Shown piece by piece: positions 17,464-26,955 of a stretch of DNA of 64,000 nucleotides (position 1 is the first letter of the stretch; every line of letters starts with the position of its first letter). The translations under genes and the position numbers were made by a program. The notes below the pieces were generated by a model that did not search any database, was not told the origin of the DNA, and saw only the letters and a program-made list of their open reading frames with translations. Origin of the DNA: Candidatus Parcubacteria bacterium (GTDB lineage Bacteria > Patescibacteriota > Minisyncoccia > Phycocordibacterales > UBA2100); NCBI GenBank assembly GCA_041168925.1, contig JBEEJY010000006.1, forward strand, positions 2,859-66,858, read 5' to 3'.

Positions 17464-19314
17464 CTACTCGACTGTAACCGATTTCGCGAGATTACGCGGG
17501 CGATCCACGTTGAGGCCTTTTCCTTTGGCGAAGTAGTAGGCAAAAAGCTGTAGGGGTACGACGTTGAGAATCGGCGAGAGCATCTCGAGAGTCTTGGGGA
17601 CGTACATCACGTCATCGGCAACTGTTCGAATTTCCTCGTCCCCTTCGCTCGCAAGCGCGATAACGGGCCCTTTGCGCGCCCTGATTTCGTGAATGTTCGA
17701 AATCATTTTTTCGTACATCGAATCTTTCGGGACGATCGCGAGCGTCGGGAATCGCTCATCGATCATGGCGATCGGGCCATGCTTCATCTCACCGGCTCCG
17801 CAGCCCTCCGCGTGAATGTAGGAGATCTCTTTGAGTTTGAGCGCGCCTTCGTATGCGACCGGATAGTTGTATTTGCGCCCGAGGTAGAGAAAATCACGGA
17901 CGTTTGCATACTTTTTCGCAAGTGCTTGTATGTGATCCTTCGTGTCGAGCACGCGCTGCAATTTCGATGGAAGCTGTTTCAGCTCATCGGCTATTTCTTT
18001 TCCTTGTTTTTCAGTCATCGTGCGCTGGCGACCGAGGAAAAGCGTCAATAGCGCGAGCGCGCTCAACTGCGAAACGAACGCCTTGGTCGAAGCAACGCCG
18101 ATCTCCGGTCCCGCGTGATTGTACACGCCTGCATCGGTCTCGCGTGCGATCGTGGAGCCTACGGTATTGACGATGCCAAGCGTGAGAGCGCCGCGCCGCT
18201 TCCCTTCGCGTACGGCTTCGAGCGTATCGAGCGTCTCTCCGCTTTGAGATATCGCAAGCACAGCCGTGCGCTCGTTGATGACCGGCGCGCGATAGCGAAA
18301 CTCGCTGCCAAGTTCGACTTCGACCGGAATGCCCGCATGACCTTCGAGCATGTACTCGCCCACCAGCCCGGCATAGTAGGCAGTGCCGCACGCGACGATA
18401 ATGATTCGATCGATCTTCTCAAGCTGTTTCGCGACGCTCTCCAGCCCGCCGAGTTTCGCTGTGCCCGTCTCGACGCGCAAGCGACCGCGCAGCGTGTCTT
18501 CGACAACCTGCGGACCCTCCATAATCTCCTTCAACATGAAGTGTTCGTAGCCGCCCTTTTGCGCTTGTTCCGGACTCCAGTCGATCTCGGTCGGCGAACG
18601 ATGTACTTTCTTCGCATCAAGCTTGAAGACGGAATGTTTCTCCGGGGTGATAACCGCGATCTCGCCGTCTTCAAGGAAAACCACCTTCTTGGTGTGCGGC
18701 AAAATAGGCGAGGGATCTGATGCGATGAAATGCTCGCCGTCTCCGAGTCCGAGCACGATGGGAGAACCCATTCGCGCGGCGATGATCTTGTCCGGCTCGC
18801 CGCGATACTGAAGCGCAATACCGTACGTGCCGTGAATGTCGTTCAGCGCTTTGAGTGCGGCTTTTTCGAACTGCTTCTCGGTCTTCAAATGCTCTTCGAC
18901 GAGATGCGCCAAGACTTCCGTATCGGAATCCGATCTGAACGTGTGACCTTGTTTCTCAAGCTTGCGTTTCAGCTCCTGGAAATTTTCGATGATGCCGTTG
19001 TGTACGATCCAGAGTTCGCCTTTGCAATCAGAGTGTGGATGAGCGTTTTTTTCGTTCGGTTCGCCATGTGTTGCCCAGCGCAAGTGCGCAATCCCGCTTC
19101 TTCCCGCATAATCCTTGGGCAATCGCTTGCGAAGTTCGGCGACAGCACCGGGCGTTTTGATACCGCCGCCTTCGGGCGTGAACACCCCGGCGGAATCGTA
19201 TCCGCGATACTCAAGGCTCAACAGTCCGTCGAGAAGAACCCTGCCCGCCTCTTTTCCCTTGTTGCCTGTGTAGGCAAAGATGCCGCACATACCGTAAGAG
19301 GAACACTGTAGCAC
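17464..19314 (-). CDS. glmS: Glutamine--fructose-6-phosphate aminotransferase (isomerizing)
   Basis: N-terminal MCGIFAYTG (Cys2 nucleophile of the Ntn amidotransferase), 616 aa, two SIS domains, and the C-terminal ...KSVTVE. Confidence 0.95.
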   Translation of the reverse strand: MLQCSSYGMCGIFAYTGNKGKEAGRVLLDGLLSLEYRGYDSAGVFTPEGGGIKTPGAVAELRKRLPKDYAGRSGIAHLRWATHGEPNEKNAHPHSDCKGELWIVHNGIIENFQELKRKLEKQGHTFRSDSDTEVLAHLVEEHLKTEKQFEKAALKALNDIHGTYGIALQYRGEPDKIIAARMGSPIVLGLGDGEHFIASDPSPILPHTKKVVFLEDGEIAVITPEKHSVFKLDAKKVHRSPTEIDWSPEQAQKGGYEHFMLKEIMEGPQVVEDTLRGRLRVETGTAKLGGLESVAKQLEKIDRIIIVACGTAYYAGLVGEYMLEGHAGIPVEVELGSEFRYRAPVINERTAVLAISQSGETLDTLEAVREGKRRGALTLGIVNTVGSTIARETDAGVYNHAGPEIGVASTKAFVSQLSALALLTLFLGRQRTMTEKQGKEIADELKQLPSKLQRVLDTKDHIQALAKKYANVRDFLYLGRKYNYPVAYEGALKLKEISYIHAEGCGAGEMKHGPIAMIDERFPTLAIVPKDSMYEKMISNIHEIRARKGPVIALASEGDEEIRTVADDVMYVPKTLEMLSPILNVVPLQLFAYYFAKGKGLNVDRPRNLAKSVTVE

Positions 19315-19330
19315 GATTCTTGATGACTGT

Positions 19331-20326
19331 TTAATGAATATCGGCCAGCACGGAATCGGCTATCGACGCGCGGAAGCGATTGATCGCGGAGTCTACCGAA
19401 TACGCATCGGCCGGTCGTTTTGGATAGGTCCGATTCGATAGGATGACGAGCCCCGCACTGCGTCCCGCATCGACGATAAGCGACGTGCCCGTGAACCCGG
19501 TCTTTCCGAACGTATCTTTCGCACACCGTACTCCCATGAACCATGGCTGCGCGACTTGCCAGCCAAGCCCTTTTCGAGCTCCCGCGAAGATCGCCGGAAA
19601 CCGCCCCGAGAGAAGCGCGCTTAGGAAATTGAGCACGTCGGGTGCCGTCGAGAACAATCCCGCGTGGCCGACGGCGCTGTGTGCGCGCGCGAAGACCCGC
19701 GCGCTCTCGTCGTGCACGATACCGCGCACTTCCTTACCATCAAATACCTCCGTCGGCGCGCAGCGCTTTATGTCGCCGGGGAAAAAAGTAGTATCGCGCA
19801 TGCCAAGCGGTCCGAAAAAATACGCATCGGCAAGATCGGGTATAATCTTCCCGCTCACTCTCTCAAGCGCTGCCCCCAGTACGTATGCGGGAATATTGGA
19901 GTACAGTCCCTCTCCGGGCGGGCCGTCAAAACCTCGCTCGAATATATAGGCACGCATCGCTTCAAACGTCGAGTAGCGCAATTTCGAGAGTTGCGGCCCG
20001 CGCACCCGGTAGCGCAAAAGGTCCTCGACGGTCGCTCCATGATCATGCTGCAATTCCGGAACGTATTGCTTGATCGGATCGCTCAAACGCAGCTTCTTTT
20101 CTTCGATCATCTGCAGAGCGAGGCTCACAAGCGGTATTGACTTCGTGACCGACGCCATGTCGTAGATCGTATCCGCTCTAATTTCGGCCGAATCACTCTC
20201 GTATGTGAACCGTCCGAAAGGGTGCACCGTTTTCTCCTCGCCGGGCCGAATGATTCCGATCACGCAACCGGGAAAGACTTGTTCTTCGATCGCGCGTCTT
20301 GCGATCTGTGCGATTTTCTTATGCAT
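19331..20326 (-). CDS. Serine hydrolase of the beta-lactamase/transpeptidase family (class C beta-lactamase-related)
   Basis: The S-x-x-K active-site motif (MASVTKSIPL) lies in an N-terminal region typical of the Beta-lactamase family, in a 331-aa protein. Confidence 0.7.
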   Translation of the reverse strand: MHKKIAQIARRAIEEQVFPGCVIGIIRPGEEKTVHPFGRFTYESDSAEIRADTIYDMASVTKSIPLVSLALQMIEEKKLRLSDPIKQYVPELQHDHGATVEDLLRYRVRGPQLSKLRYSTFEAMRAYIFERGFDGPPGEGLYSNIPAYVLGAALERVSGKIIPDLADAYFFGPLGMRDTTFFPGDIKRCAPTEVFDGKEVRGIVHDESARVFARAHSAVGHAGLFSTAPDVLNFLSALLSGRFPAIFAGARKGLGWQVAQPWFMGVRCAKDTFGKTGFTGTSLIVDAGRSAGLVILSNRTYPKRPADAYSVDSAINRFRASIADSVLADIH

Positions 20327-21467
20327 CCGGATACGCTTCTTTGATTTCTTTCGCGAGATACGGGTTCCACATGGCTCCGGTCGCGCTCATGACGACATCG
20401 GCTCCCGCATCGCGATACTCCTTAAAATCGCTCGGCGTCGTGACGCCGCCACAGCCGACGATATCGAAGCGTAAGCCGAATTCTTCGCGCAGTTTTTTCA
20501 ATCGCTTCACCATCTCAAGCCCCGCCCACTTCACTGGTGCGCCGCAAATGCCGCTCTTGAGCCTCCATTCTCCTCCCGGAAGCGCCTGTGTGCCGTCTTC
20601 TTTGCGAACTGCGGCGGAGATCGTGTTGATGGCGGATATGCCGTTTACTATCGAACCGACTCTCCGCACGAAACTTCGTAATTCTTCCTCATTCTCAAAA
20701 TACGATACCTTCGCAATGAGCGGCATGTCGCCTATTTCGCGCTTGACGGCTTCGGCTATCGTTCGCGATTTCTCTATATCGTAGCAAAGGAGGCGCTTTA
20801 CGAGGTCGCCCTCGTTGGGACAGGAAAAATTGACTTCGATACCATGAACCCCGGTTTCCCTCATGAGTCGGCCCGCAAGTATCCAGTCGTTGACCACATC
20901 CTCTTCCGTATCCTCTCGACTCCATCGCGTACCTTCTATCATGCCGAGTACGAGCTGTCCCTTGCGTGATTTCGCCCATCGCACCAGATCGATGATATCG
21001 TTTTGCCAGATCTCAACCGGGTAAGATGGATTGCCGAATGAGTTCGTGATCGCGAGCGGTTCACTATACTCAGACTTGATCGTAAGCCCCGCCTTCGCTT
21101 TTTCGAGGGTAAGCTTCCCCTCGACCTTCACCGGCAGCACGTTTGGCCATTCATTGCACTTCTTTTCTCTTGTTCGCACGGTTTTATAAACAGGAATGTC
21201 AAAACCTTTCTCCATCGCCGCGCGCACATACTTGCTGTTGAGGAGCGGGCCGGCGGGAATCCCGAGCGGATAGCTTATTTTGTAACCCAAAAAATCGAAT
21301 CGCGGCTCTTCTTGGGGTAACACGACGCCATCGGTAAAACCGTTGAACGGACCTTGTTCCCAATTTTCGTAGTAGGTTTTTTGCGGATCAAAAAAAGGCG
21401 GGCGCAACATGGGTGCAGTATACGCTCCTCGGATAAGAGCGGCTAGTTGCCAGTAGGCGACACGCAT
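20319..21467 (-). CDS. Dihydroorotate dehydrogenase-family (DHO_dh / dihydropyrimidine dehydrogenase-like) TIM-barrel flavoenzyme
   Basis: Contains the N-SCPN motif (VNFSCPNEGD), GLPNxG-like glycine motifs, the FMN-binding C-terminus (IVGCGGVTTPSDFKEYRDAGADVVMSATG), and an N-terminal extension of about 60 aa. Confidence 0.6.
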   Translation of the reverse strand: MRVAYWQLAALIRGAYTAPMLRPPFFDPQKTYYENWEQGPFNGFTDGVVLPQEEPRFDFLGYKISYPLGIPAGPLLNSKYVRAAMEKGFDIPVYKTVRTREKKCNEWPNVLPVKVEGKLTLEKAKAGLTIKSEYSEPLAITNSFGNPSYPVEIWQNDIIDLVRWAKSRKGQLVLGMIEGTRWSREDTEEDVVNDWILAGRLMRETGVHGIEVNFSCPNEGDLVKRLLCYDIEKSRTIAEAVKREIGDMPLIAKVSYFENEEELRSFVRRVGSIVNGISAINTISAAVRKEDGTQALPGGEWRLKSGICGAPVKWAGLEMVKRLKKLREEFGLRFDIVGCGGVTTPSDFKEYRDAGADVVMSATGAMWNPYLAKEIKEAYPDA

Positions 21468-21724
21468 GCGCCGTCACGAAAAAGCGCCCATTCTTCGCAC
21501 ACGCGACCATCCGTCAAATGACAGTAGCCGATCTGGCTTCCATTGCCGATTTTTGCGATCTCGACGTCTCCTCCGATGTCCGTACAGTGCACCGCCGCAG
21601 GATTTGCGATCCCCATCCGTCCGGCACTCTCCGAATCCGACGTTACGATCTGACCTTGGTACCAATACGCTGCCGCGACCGCAATCGCCGCGAAAAGAAT
21701 CACCCCGATCGAAATCGTGCGCAT
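21443..21724 (-). CDS. Small secreted Cys-containing protein, DUF333-like (putative hemolysin domain)
   Basis: A signal peptide (MRTISIGVILFAAIAVAAA) is followed by NPAAVHCTDIGG...GYCHLTDGRVCEEWALFRDGACV, which resembles the DUF333 pattern. Confidence 0.4.
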   Translation of the reverse strand: MRTISIGVILFAAIAVAAAYWYQGQIVTSDSESAGRMGIANPAAVHCTDIGGDVEIAKIGNGSQIGYCHLTDGRVCEEWALFRDGACVSPTGN

Positions 21725-21752
21725 GCCCCTATCCTAACACGCGCTGCTTCTA

Positions 21753-21920
21753 TTTCATCCGAACCCCTTTCCACGCTCTTCCCTTTTTCGCCATTTGGTC
21801 CATAAACTTTCCCGTGCGTTTGTTGACCTTCGTCCAGCGCTTGTTGCGCCCGCTTAAGACTTGCGTGCGGTTTGTTATCTTGCCCATCCTTCCATGCCCT
21901 CGCGGGCCGTTCTTTGCCAT
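21753..21920 (-). CDS. Small basic 56-aa protein with a ribosomal-protein bL34-like core (possible divergent rpmH-like gene)
   Basis: Hand translation gives MAKNGPRGHGRMGKITNRTQVLSGRNKRWTKVNKRTGKFMDQMAKKGRAWKGVRMK, with stop TAG at 21750-21752. The segment HG-RM-K-NR-QVL--R-K resembles E. coli L34 ([25 protein letters not shown]). It lies in an otherwise empty gap of about 300 bp and is absent from the ORF track because it is shorter than 60 aa. Confidence 0.3.
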
Positions 21921-22028
21921 GAAAAAAGAATAGCACCGACTTCCCGACCTTCAAGTCGCAATCCACAGCCGCGGGTCTTGATTGATATCCTCGCGTTATA
22001 CTGTCCGCATTATCATAATGCCTCTCTT

Positions 22029-22349
22029 ATGTCTCACCCAAAACCGGCGCACCAGAAACTCATGGGCGTTCTTGCGTATCTCGGTATTTTTCTCGTCATT
22101 CCCTTTCTCATGGCCAAAGATGATCCGACCGTAAAGTTTCATCTCAAACAGGGCTGCGTCTTACTCGTCATCGAGGTGGCGCTCTGGGTTCTCGGTATGA
22201 CGATGCTCGGGTGGCAGCTGATGCCACTCCTGCAGTTAGCAAATCTCGGTGTCGTGGTACTCGCGGTTGTCGGCATCGTCAACGCGCTCCAGGGTAAGGA
22301 AAAAGAGCTCCCGCTCGTCGGCTCCTACAGCAGGTACTTTACTTTTTAG
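22029..22349 (+). CDS. Small integral membrane protein (DUF4870-like)
   Basis: The internal ATG at 22029 (MSHPKPAHQKLMGVLAYLGIFLVIPFLMAKDD...) is preferred over the ORF-track start at 21861, whose N-terminus is low-complexity. It has two or three TM helices. Confidence 0.45.
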   Translation: MSHPKPAHQKLMGVLAYLGIFLVIPFLMAKDDPTVKFHLKQGCVLLVIEVALWVLGMTMLGWQLMPLLQLANLGVVVLAVVGIVNALQGKEKELPLVGSYSRYFTF

Positions 22350-22383
22350 CGCCTGCCGGGAATTTTCGCGTCGCTTCGCCCCT

Positions 22384-23010
22384 CTATATCGCCGGAGTAG
22401 TCGTGCCCGCGGGCGTGAACGAGAGAGAGTCGCGGATCTGATCGAACGTGCTCATCAGCGCTCCATGATCGAACTCGCTTACGACGCCCGGTTCGAAATT
22501 GCCTATGTTCATGGAATGAATGAAATACCGTACCGCCGTGCAGGGCCTGCTGTCTTTGATCGCATACACCCACTCTTCGTAGAGATTGCCTGCGGCCGCA
22601 CCAGTCGACGATGCGGTCGAATACGTCGTGGAGCTGATCGTCATATCACGAGGTTTCACGTTCGCCGCGAGATAAATATCGCCGGTGCAATTTTTCGCGC
22701 GGGGCAGCCATTCCACCGATACGTAGCTGTCGTTCGAAAGATTCGTTCCCGTCGCGATCGTAAGCGGGATCGTAAATTTCACCCCGCTGATCGGCTTTTT
22801 CGGATCCACTTGATCGTAAGCATACGCTTCATCCGCGGCGTACCCGTCGGGATAGACGACGGAGAATGTCGAGGTTGCGTATGTGTGCGTCGTCGGAGTT
22901 TGCGGGGTCGGCTCGGGTACCGGAGAAGCCGTACCGCTCGTTTTCCACCAGTAATAGCCGCCAATGCCAAGAATAATAATAACCAGAATCCCAACAATGT
23001 ATTTTGCCAT
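22384..23010 (-). CDS. Hypothetical secreted protein with N-terminal signal anchor
   Basis: Start reassigned to the ATG at 23010 (MAKYIVGILVIIILGIGGYYWWK), followed by a Thr/Pro-rich linker and a beta-rich domain. The upstream 42 codons of the ORF-track call carry no signal. Confidence 0.5.
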   Translation of the reverse strand: MAKYIVGILVIIILGIGGYYWWKTSGTASPVPEPTPQTPTTHTYATSTFSVVYPDGYAADEAYAYDQVDPKKPISGVKFTIPLTIATGTNLSNDSYVSVEWLPRAKNCTGDIYLAANVKPRDMTISSTTYSTASSTGAAAGNLYEEWVYAIKDSRPCTAVRYFIHSMNIGNFEPGVVSEFDHGALMSTFDQIRDSLSFTPAGTTTPAI

Positions 23011-23066
23011 GCAGGCATGATGCCATTCCTGGCATGAATTGCAAATCGGATCGAAAAACCCTCGAT

Positions 23067-23366
23067 TTATGGGCTTTTTCCGTCCCCGCCCATGAAATCC
23101 TTGGTCTGGATCGGACTTTGTACTCCGGGGACCCACTCGGCGTTAATAGCCCCGAATTTTTTCTCATACTCGGCTACCTGGTGCGTCACATACTGCTGTA
23201 GGCGCTTCATGTGCTGCGGCGTGAGCGCATACGTAAGCGCGTTCTCCCCCGTCAGCATGCTCATCACGAAATATTCTTGCGAGAACGCTACCGAAATATT
23301 TTCGCAGAACTGTTTCGGCACTCTGTTGAGATCGAGGTTGGGCATGAGTACATTATACATGCTCAA
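23067..23366 (-). CDS. Small cytoplasmic protein, DUF3467-like
   Basis: A 99-aa ORF with coding-like composition. Weak resemblance to DUF3467 (..QFCENISVAFSQEYFVMSML..). Confidence 0.35.
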   Translation of the reverse strand: MSMYNVLMPNLDLNRVPKQFCENISVAFSQEYFVMSMLTGENALTYALTPQHMKRLQQYVTHQVAEYEKKFGAINAEWVPGVQSPIQTKDFMGGDGKSP

Positions 23367-23370
23367 GACA

Positions 23371-23404
23371 CGCGCCCCGCATGCGCGGGGCGCTTTTGTT
23401 CGGG
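23371..23404. terminator. GC-rich hairpin flanked by an A-tract and a T-tract; candidate bidirectional intrinsic terminator
   Basis: GCGCCCCGC-atgc-GCGGGGCGC is a 9-bp GC stem, followed on the plus strand by TTTTGTT and preceded by an A-tract (AACAAAA in the minus sense). It sits between two minus-strand genes. Confidence 0.4.
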
Positions 23405-23407
23405 CGT

Positions 23408-23905
23408 TTATTGCACCCTTGAAAAATCAAGCTCACTGCCACGGTCCAGATAGGTCAGCTGGAGCGTATCGCCTGCGGCGGTAATGATGGAGAAAAACAT
23501 CGGCGCGCCGCCTTCGACGATTTTGAGGTAAACGACGCCAGGTGCCGCGGCTCCGGAAAACTCCGCGTCTTTCTCGGGGGCGCTAAAAACGCTCCATGAG
23601 CCGTGCGCAGTCGCGTTCGGATCACCTTCATACATATCGATGACCGTGCCATCGTCGCTGAATTGCCGGGTGAATTTCTGGTCATCCGAAGAACGCCATG
23701 TGCCGATTATAGCTTGTGAGACGACGGTCATCGCATCATGCGAGCGATCCGTCTCCTGCAGACTTTTTTCGCCGGTGCCGGCGATCGGGTTTGACGTGCT
23801 ATCCTCCGGAATCACGCTCGCGAAATAATACCCAAGCAAGATAATCGCGAATACGATGATGACCCACAGCCACGGATGCCCTTCGTTTTTTTCCGCCATA
23901 GGCAC
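23408..23905 (-). CDS. Hypothetical membrane-anchored protein
   Basis: An N-terminal TM helix (HPWLWVIIVFAIILLGYYFASVI) is followed by a soluble domain of about 130 aa. Confidence 0.5.
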   Translation of the reverse strand: MPMAEKNEGHPWLWVIIVFAIILLGYYFASVIPEDSTSNPIAGTGEKSLQETDRSHDAMTVVSQAIIGTWRSSDDQKFTRQFSDDGTVIDMYEGDPNATAHGSWSVFSAPEKDAEFSGAAAPGVVYLKIVEGGAPMFFSIITAAGDTLQLTYLDRGSELDFSRVQ

Positions 23906-23911
23906 ACAATA

Positions 23912-24304
23912 CTACGTTTGCTCAAGACCTAAACACACCGAGTTGATGCAGTAGCGCTTGCCGGTAGAGGTCGGGCCGTCATCAAACACGTGCCCGAGAT
24001 GCGATCCGCACCGCGCACAGGTAATTTCAGTGCGCCGCAGATCGTGAGACGTATCCAGGCGCTGCTCGATCGCGTCGGGCAGCGCTTTGTCGAAGCTTGG
24101 CCAGCCCGTACCGGAATCGAATTTCGCATCCGAGGAAAAAAGCGGGTTGCCGCACGCTTTGCACTCATAGGTGCCATCCGTCTTTTCGTGCACATACGCG
24201 CCTGAGAAAGGCGCTTCGGTCCCTTTTTCGCGTAACACGACGTATTCTTCCGGCGTGAGGATTTTCTTGTAATCTTCTTCGGTCTCCGGCATCGGCCGCT
24301 TCAT
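23912..24304 (-). CDS. msrB: Peptide-methionine (R)-S-oxide reductase
   Basis: SelR-domain signatures are present: CxxC...GWPSF...RTEITCARCGSHLGHVFDDGP, with the catalytic Cys and zinc-binding CxxC pairs. Confidence 0.9.
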   Translation of the reverse strand: MKRPMPETEEDYKKILTPEEYVVLREKGTEAPFSGAYVHEKTDGTYECKACGNPLFSSDAKFDSGTGWPSFDKALPDAIEQRLDTSHDLRRTEITCARCGSHLGHVFDDGPTSTGKRYCINSVCLGLEQT

Positions 24305-24324
24305 GCGCGTAGTATAGCAAAACG

Positions 24325-26109
24325 TTACTTGCGTTTGGCCTTCGCCCGCTCTACTTCGGTCAGGAGCTGTTTGCGCAATCGAACGTTCGCGGGCGTAATT
24401 TCCAGGTATTCGTCTTCGGCCATGACTTCGAGCCCGCGCTCAATCGATAGAAAAAAGGGCGGAATGAGCTGGATCGCGTCGTCGGAGGCGGAGGCGCGCA
24501 CATTGGTGAGATTCTTGCCTTTCGTCGGATTCACCGCCATTTCCTCGCCCTTCGACGTATTGCCGATCACTTCTCCCTCATACACTTCTGTCGCTGGAGC
24601 GATATAGAGCACGCCGCGCTCCTGCAAATTCCATAGCGAGTAACCGAGCGCTTTCCCGCCCGCCATCGATATCATCGAGCCGACCTGCCGCTTTTTTATC
24701 TCGCCGACGTATGGCCGAAATCCGATGACGCGGCTCGACATGATTCCTTCGCCTTTCGTGTCGAGGACGAATTGGCTGCGATAGCCAAGAAGCCCGCGCG
24801 TCGGCCCTTCAAAAGTGAGCCGCACTTGGTTCTCATGGACTTTGAGATCCTTCATGACGAACTTGCGCGTACCGAGCCGCTCGATGATGGCGCCCTGATA
24901 TTCCTGCGGGGTATCGATCACGACTTCTTCGAACGGCTCCCGTTTCTCGCCGTCCTGTTCATGCAAAATCACTTGCGGCTGCGACACCTGCATTTCGTAC
25001 CCTTCCCGGCGCATATTCTCGAGTAGGATCGCGATGTGGAGCTCTCCGCGGCCCGATACTTCGAACACATCGGCTCCGAATTCGATGCGCAGGCCAACGT
25101 TGACCTCAAGCTCGCGTTCGAGCCGCTCGCGCAACTGGCGCGAGGTGACGAATCTCCCTTCGCGACCCGCAAATGGCGAGTTATTGACGAGGAAGTCGAG
25201 CGTGATCGTCGGCTCATCAATTGCGATCGCGGGAAGCGCCGGAGCGTCTTCTTTCGTCGTGATCGTCTCGCCGATATAAATTTCGGGAATCCCGGCGATC
25301 ATCGCGATATCCCCCGCCTGAACCTCGTTCGCGTCCACCTTCTGCAATCCGCGGAACGTGAACATCTTCGTGATTTTCGCCGAATGAGTCTCCCCGTCGA
25401 GTTTCTTGACGAAGACCGCGTCCCCGGTATTCAAGATTCCTTCGTATGCGCGCACGATCGCGAGGCGTCCGAGAAAATTGTCATAGCCGAGATTGAACGG
25501 CTGAAGACGCACGGGTCTGCTGATCGCATCGGCACTTGAAGCGACCGGTACATGACGCAGTATCGTCTCGAGAAGAGGCGTCAAGTCTTTAGACGAATCT
25601 GCGAGCGAGGTTTTCGCGATTCCTTGCTTGCCGATAGCGTATACGATCGGAAAGGTCGCTTGTTCGTCGGAAGCTCCGAGTTCCAAAAAGAGCTCGAGCA
25701 CTTGCTCCTCGCACCGCTTCGGATCGGCGGCGGGTTTGTCGATCTTGTTGATCACCACGATGGGGCGTAATCCGAGTTCGAGTGATTTCTTCAAAACGAA
25801 ACGCGTCTGCGGCATCGGGCCTTCCTGGGCATCGACGACGAGCAAGACGGAATCGATGGATCGAAGCACGCGTTCGACTTCGCTGCCAAAATCCGCATGG
25901 CCGGGCGTGTCGACGAGATTGATTTTGGTGTTTTTATAGAAAATCGCGGCATTCTTGGAATAGATTGTGATGCCGCGTTCACGTTCGAGCGAATTCGAAT
26001 CCATCGAGATCCCCTCTTCGGCAACTCCCGTTTGACGCAGCAGGGCGTCCGTCAGCGTCGTTTTGCCGTGGTCGACATGCGCGATGATTGCGATATTGCG
26101 AATTTCCAT
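24325..26109 (-). CDS. typA: Translational GTPase TypA/BipA
   Basis: Start [22 protein letters not shown], with the G-domain motifs DTPGHADF and NKID. The 594-aa length and C-terminal domain fit BipA rather than EF-G or LepA. Confidence 0.9.
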   Translation of the reverse strand: MEIRNIAIIAHVDHGKTTLTDALLRQTGVAEEGISMDSNSLERERGITIYSKNAAIFYKNTKINLVDTPGHADFGSEVERVLRSIDSVLLVVDAQEGPMPQTRFVLKKSLELGLRPIVVINKIDKPAADPKRCEEQVLELFLELGASDEQATFPIVYAIGKQGIAKTSLADSSKDLTPLLETILRHVPVASSADAISRPVRLQPFNLGYDNFLGRLAIVRAYEGILNTGDAVFVKKLDGETHSAKITKMFTFRGLQKVDANEVQAGDIAMIAGIPEIYIGETITTKEDAPALPAIAIDEPTITLDFLVNNSPFAGREGRFVTSRQLRERLERELEVNVGLRIEFGADVFEVSGRGELHIAILLENMRREGYEMQVSQPQVILHEQDGEKREPFEEVVIDTPQEYQGAIIERLGTRKFVMKDLKVHENQVRLTFEGPTRGLLGYRSQFVLDTKGEGIMSSRVIGFRPYVGEIKKRQVGSMISMAGGKALGYSLWNLQERGVLYIAPATEVYEGEVIGNTSKGEEMAVNPTKGKNLTNVRASASDDAIQLIPPFFLSIERGLEVMAEDEYLEITPANVRLRKQLLTEVERAKAKRK

Positions 26110-26169
26110 GCTCTAAACAAAATGCCCCGCTGCCGAGGCATGTGCTTGCATGATACACCACGACGCTCG

Positions 26170-26919
26170 TTACTTCAATTGCGCATCTATTGCGCTGACG
26201 AAGGCTGAGAGCGGTTGCGCGCCGTCGATCAATGTCTTGCCCGTAATGAATCCCGGCGTGCCCTGGATGCCGAATTTCGTACCCTCATCCCGATCAGCGG
26301 TCATTGCTGAATCGTACTTTGCCTTATTCGTCGCGACCGCTTCTTTGATCTTCCCAAGATCGAACTGCGGAAATTTATTCTTGATGAGCTTGTCGACCGA
26401 TGCGGCATCTCCGAATCCCTGATCCCCTTCCTCGTCTTGCGCTTCATAGAGCGCGCTGCGAAACGCGAAATATTGCGACTTGTACAGATCCCATACCGCA
26501 CGCGCATACTCGCCATCCGTAATCGAGTCCTCGCCGAGAAACGGGTAGTCCTTGAAAACGATTTTCAGCTTCCCGGTATCGACGTACTGTTTGATGAGAT
26601 CCGGGACAGCCGGGGGTGTCTGAATCTGCGGATGGCCGATCTCGACTGCCCGACAAAACGGACACTGATAATCTGCCCAAAAAGCGAGAACAACCGGCGC
26701 GTCTTGTTTGCCGACGTACGGATTCCCGTCGATATTGACGTCTTTTATATTGACCGCTTTGGCCACTGGAGCGCCGCTCCCTCCCGTGCGCGAAAGACCG
26801 AGAAAAAGTCCGCCGCCGATGAGAATCCCCGCTATGACGATTGCCGCGGGAACATACAGGGGCGTCCAATCTCGAACACGCGGTCGGGATGGCGTTTCTT
26901 CTTGTCGTTCGTCCGGCAT
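26170..26919 (-). CDS. Thioredoxin-fold thiol:disulfide oxidoreductase (DsbA-family), membrane-anchored
   Basis: An N-terminal TM helix (LYVPAAIVIAGILIGGGLFL) is followed by a CPFC active site (YQCPFCRAVE) in a DsbA-like domain. Confidence 0.75.
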   Translation of the reverse strand: MPDERQEETPSRPRVRDWTPLYVPAAIVIAGILIGGGLFLGLSRTGGSGAPVAKAVNIKDVNIDGNPYVGKQDAPVVLAFWADYQCPFCRAVEIGHPQIQTPPAVPDLIKQYVDTGKLKIVFKDYPFLGEDSITDGEYARAVWDLYKSQYFAFRSALYEAQDEEGDQGFGDAASVDKLIKNKFPQFDLGKIKEAVATNKAKYDSAMTADRDEGTKFGIQGTPGFITGKTLIDGAQPLSAFVSAIDAQLK

Positions 26920-26955
26920 CGACCTATTCTACACCATTTTTCTAATCCGCAATGG

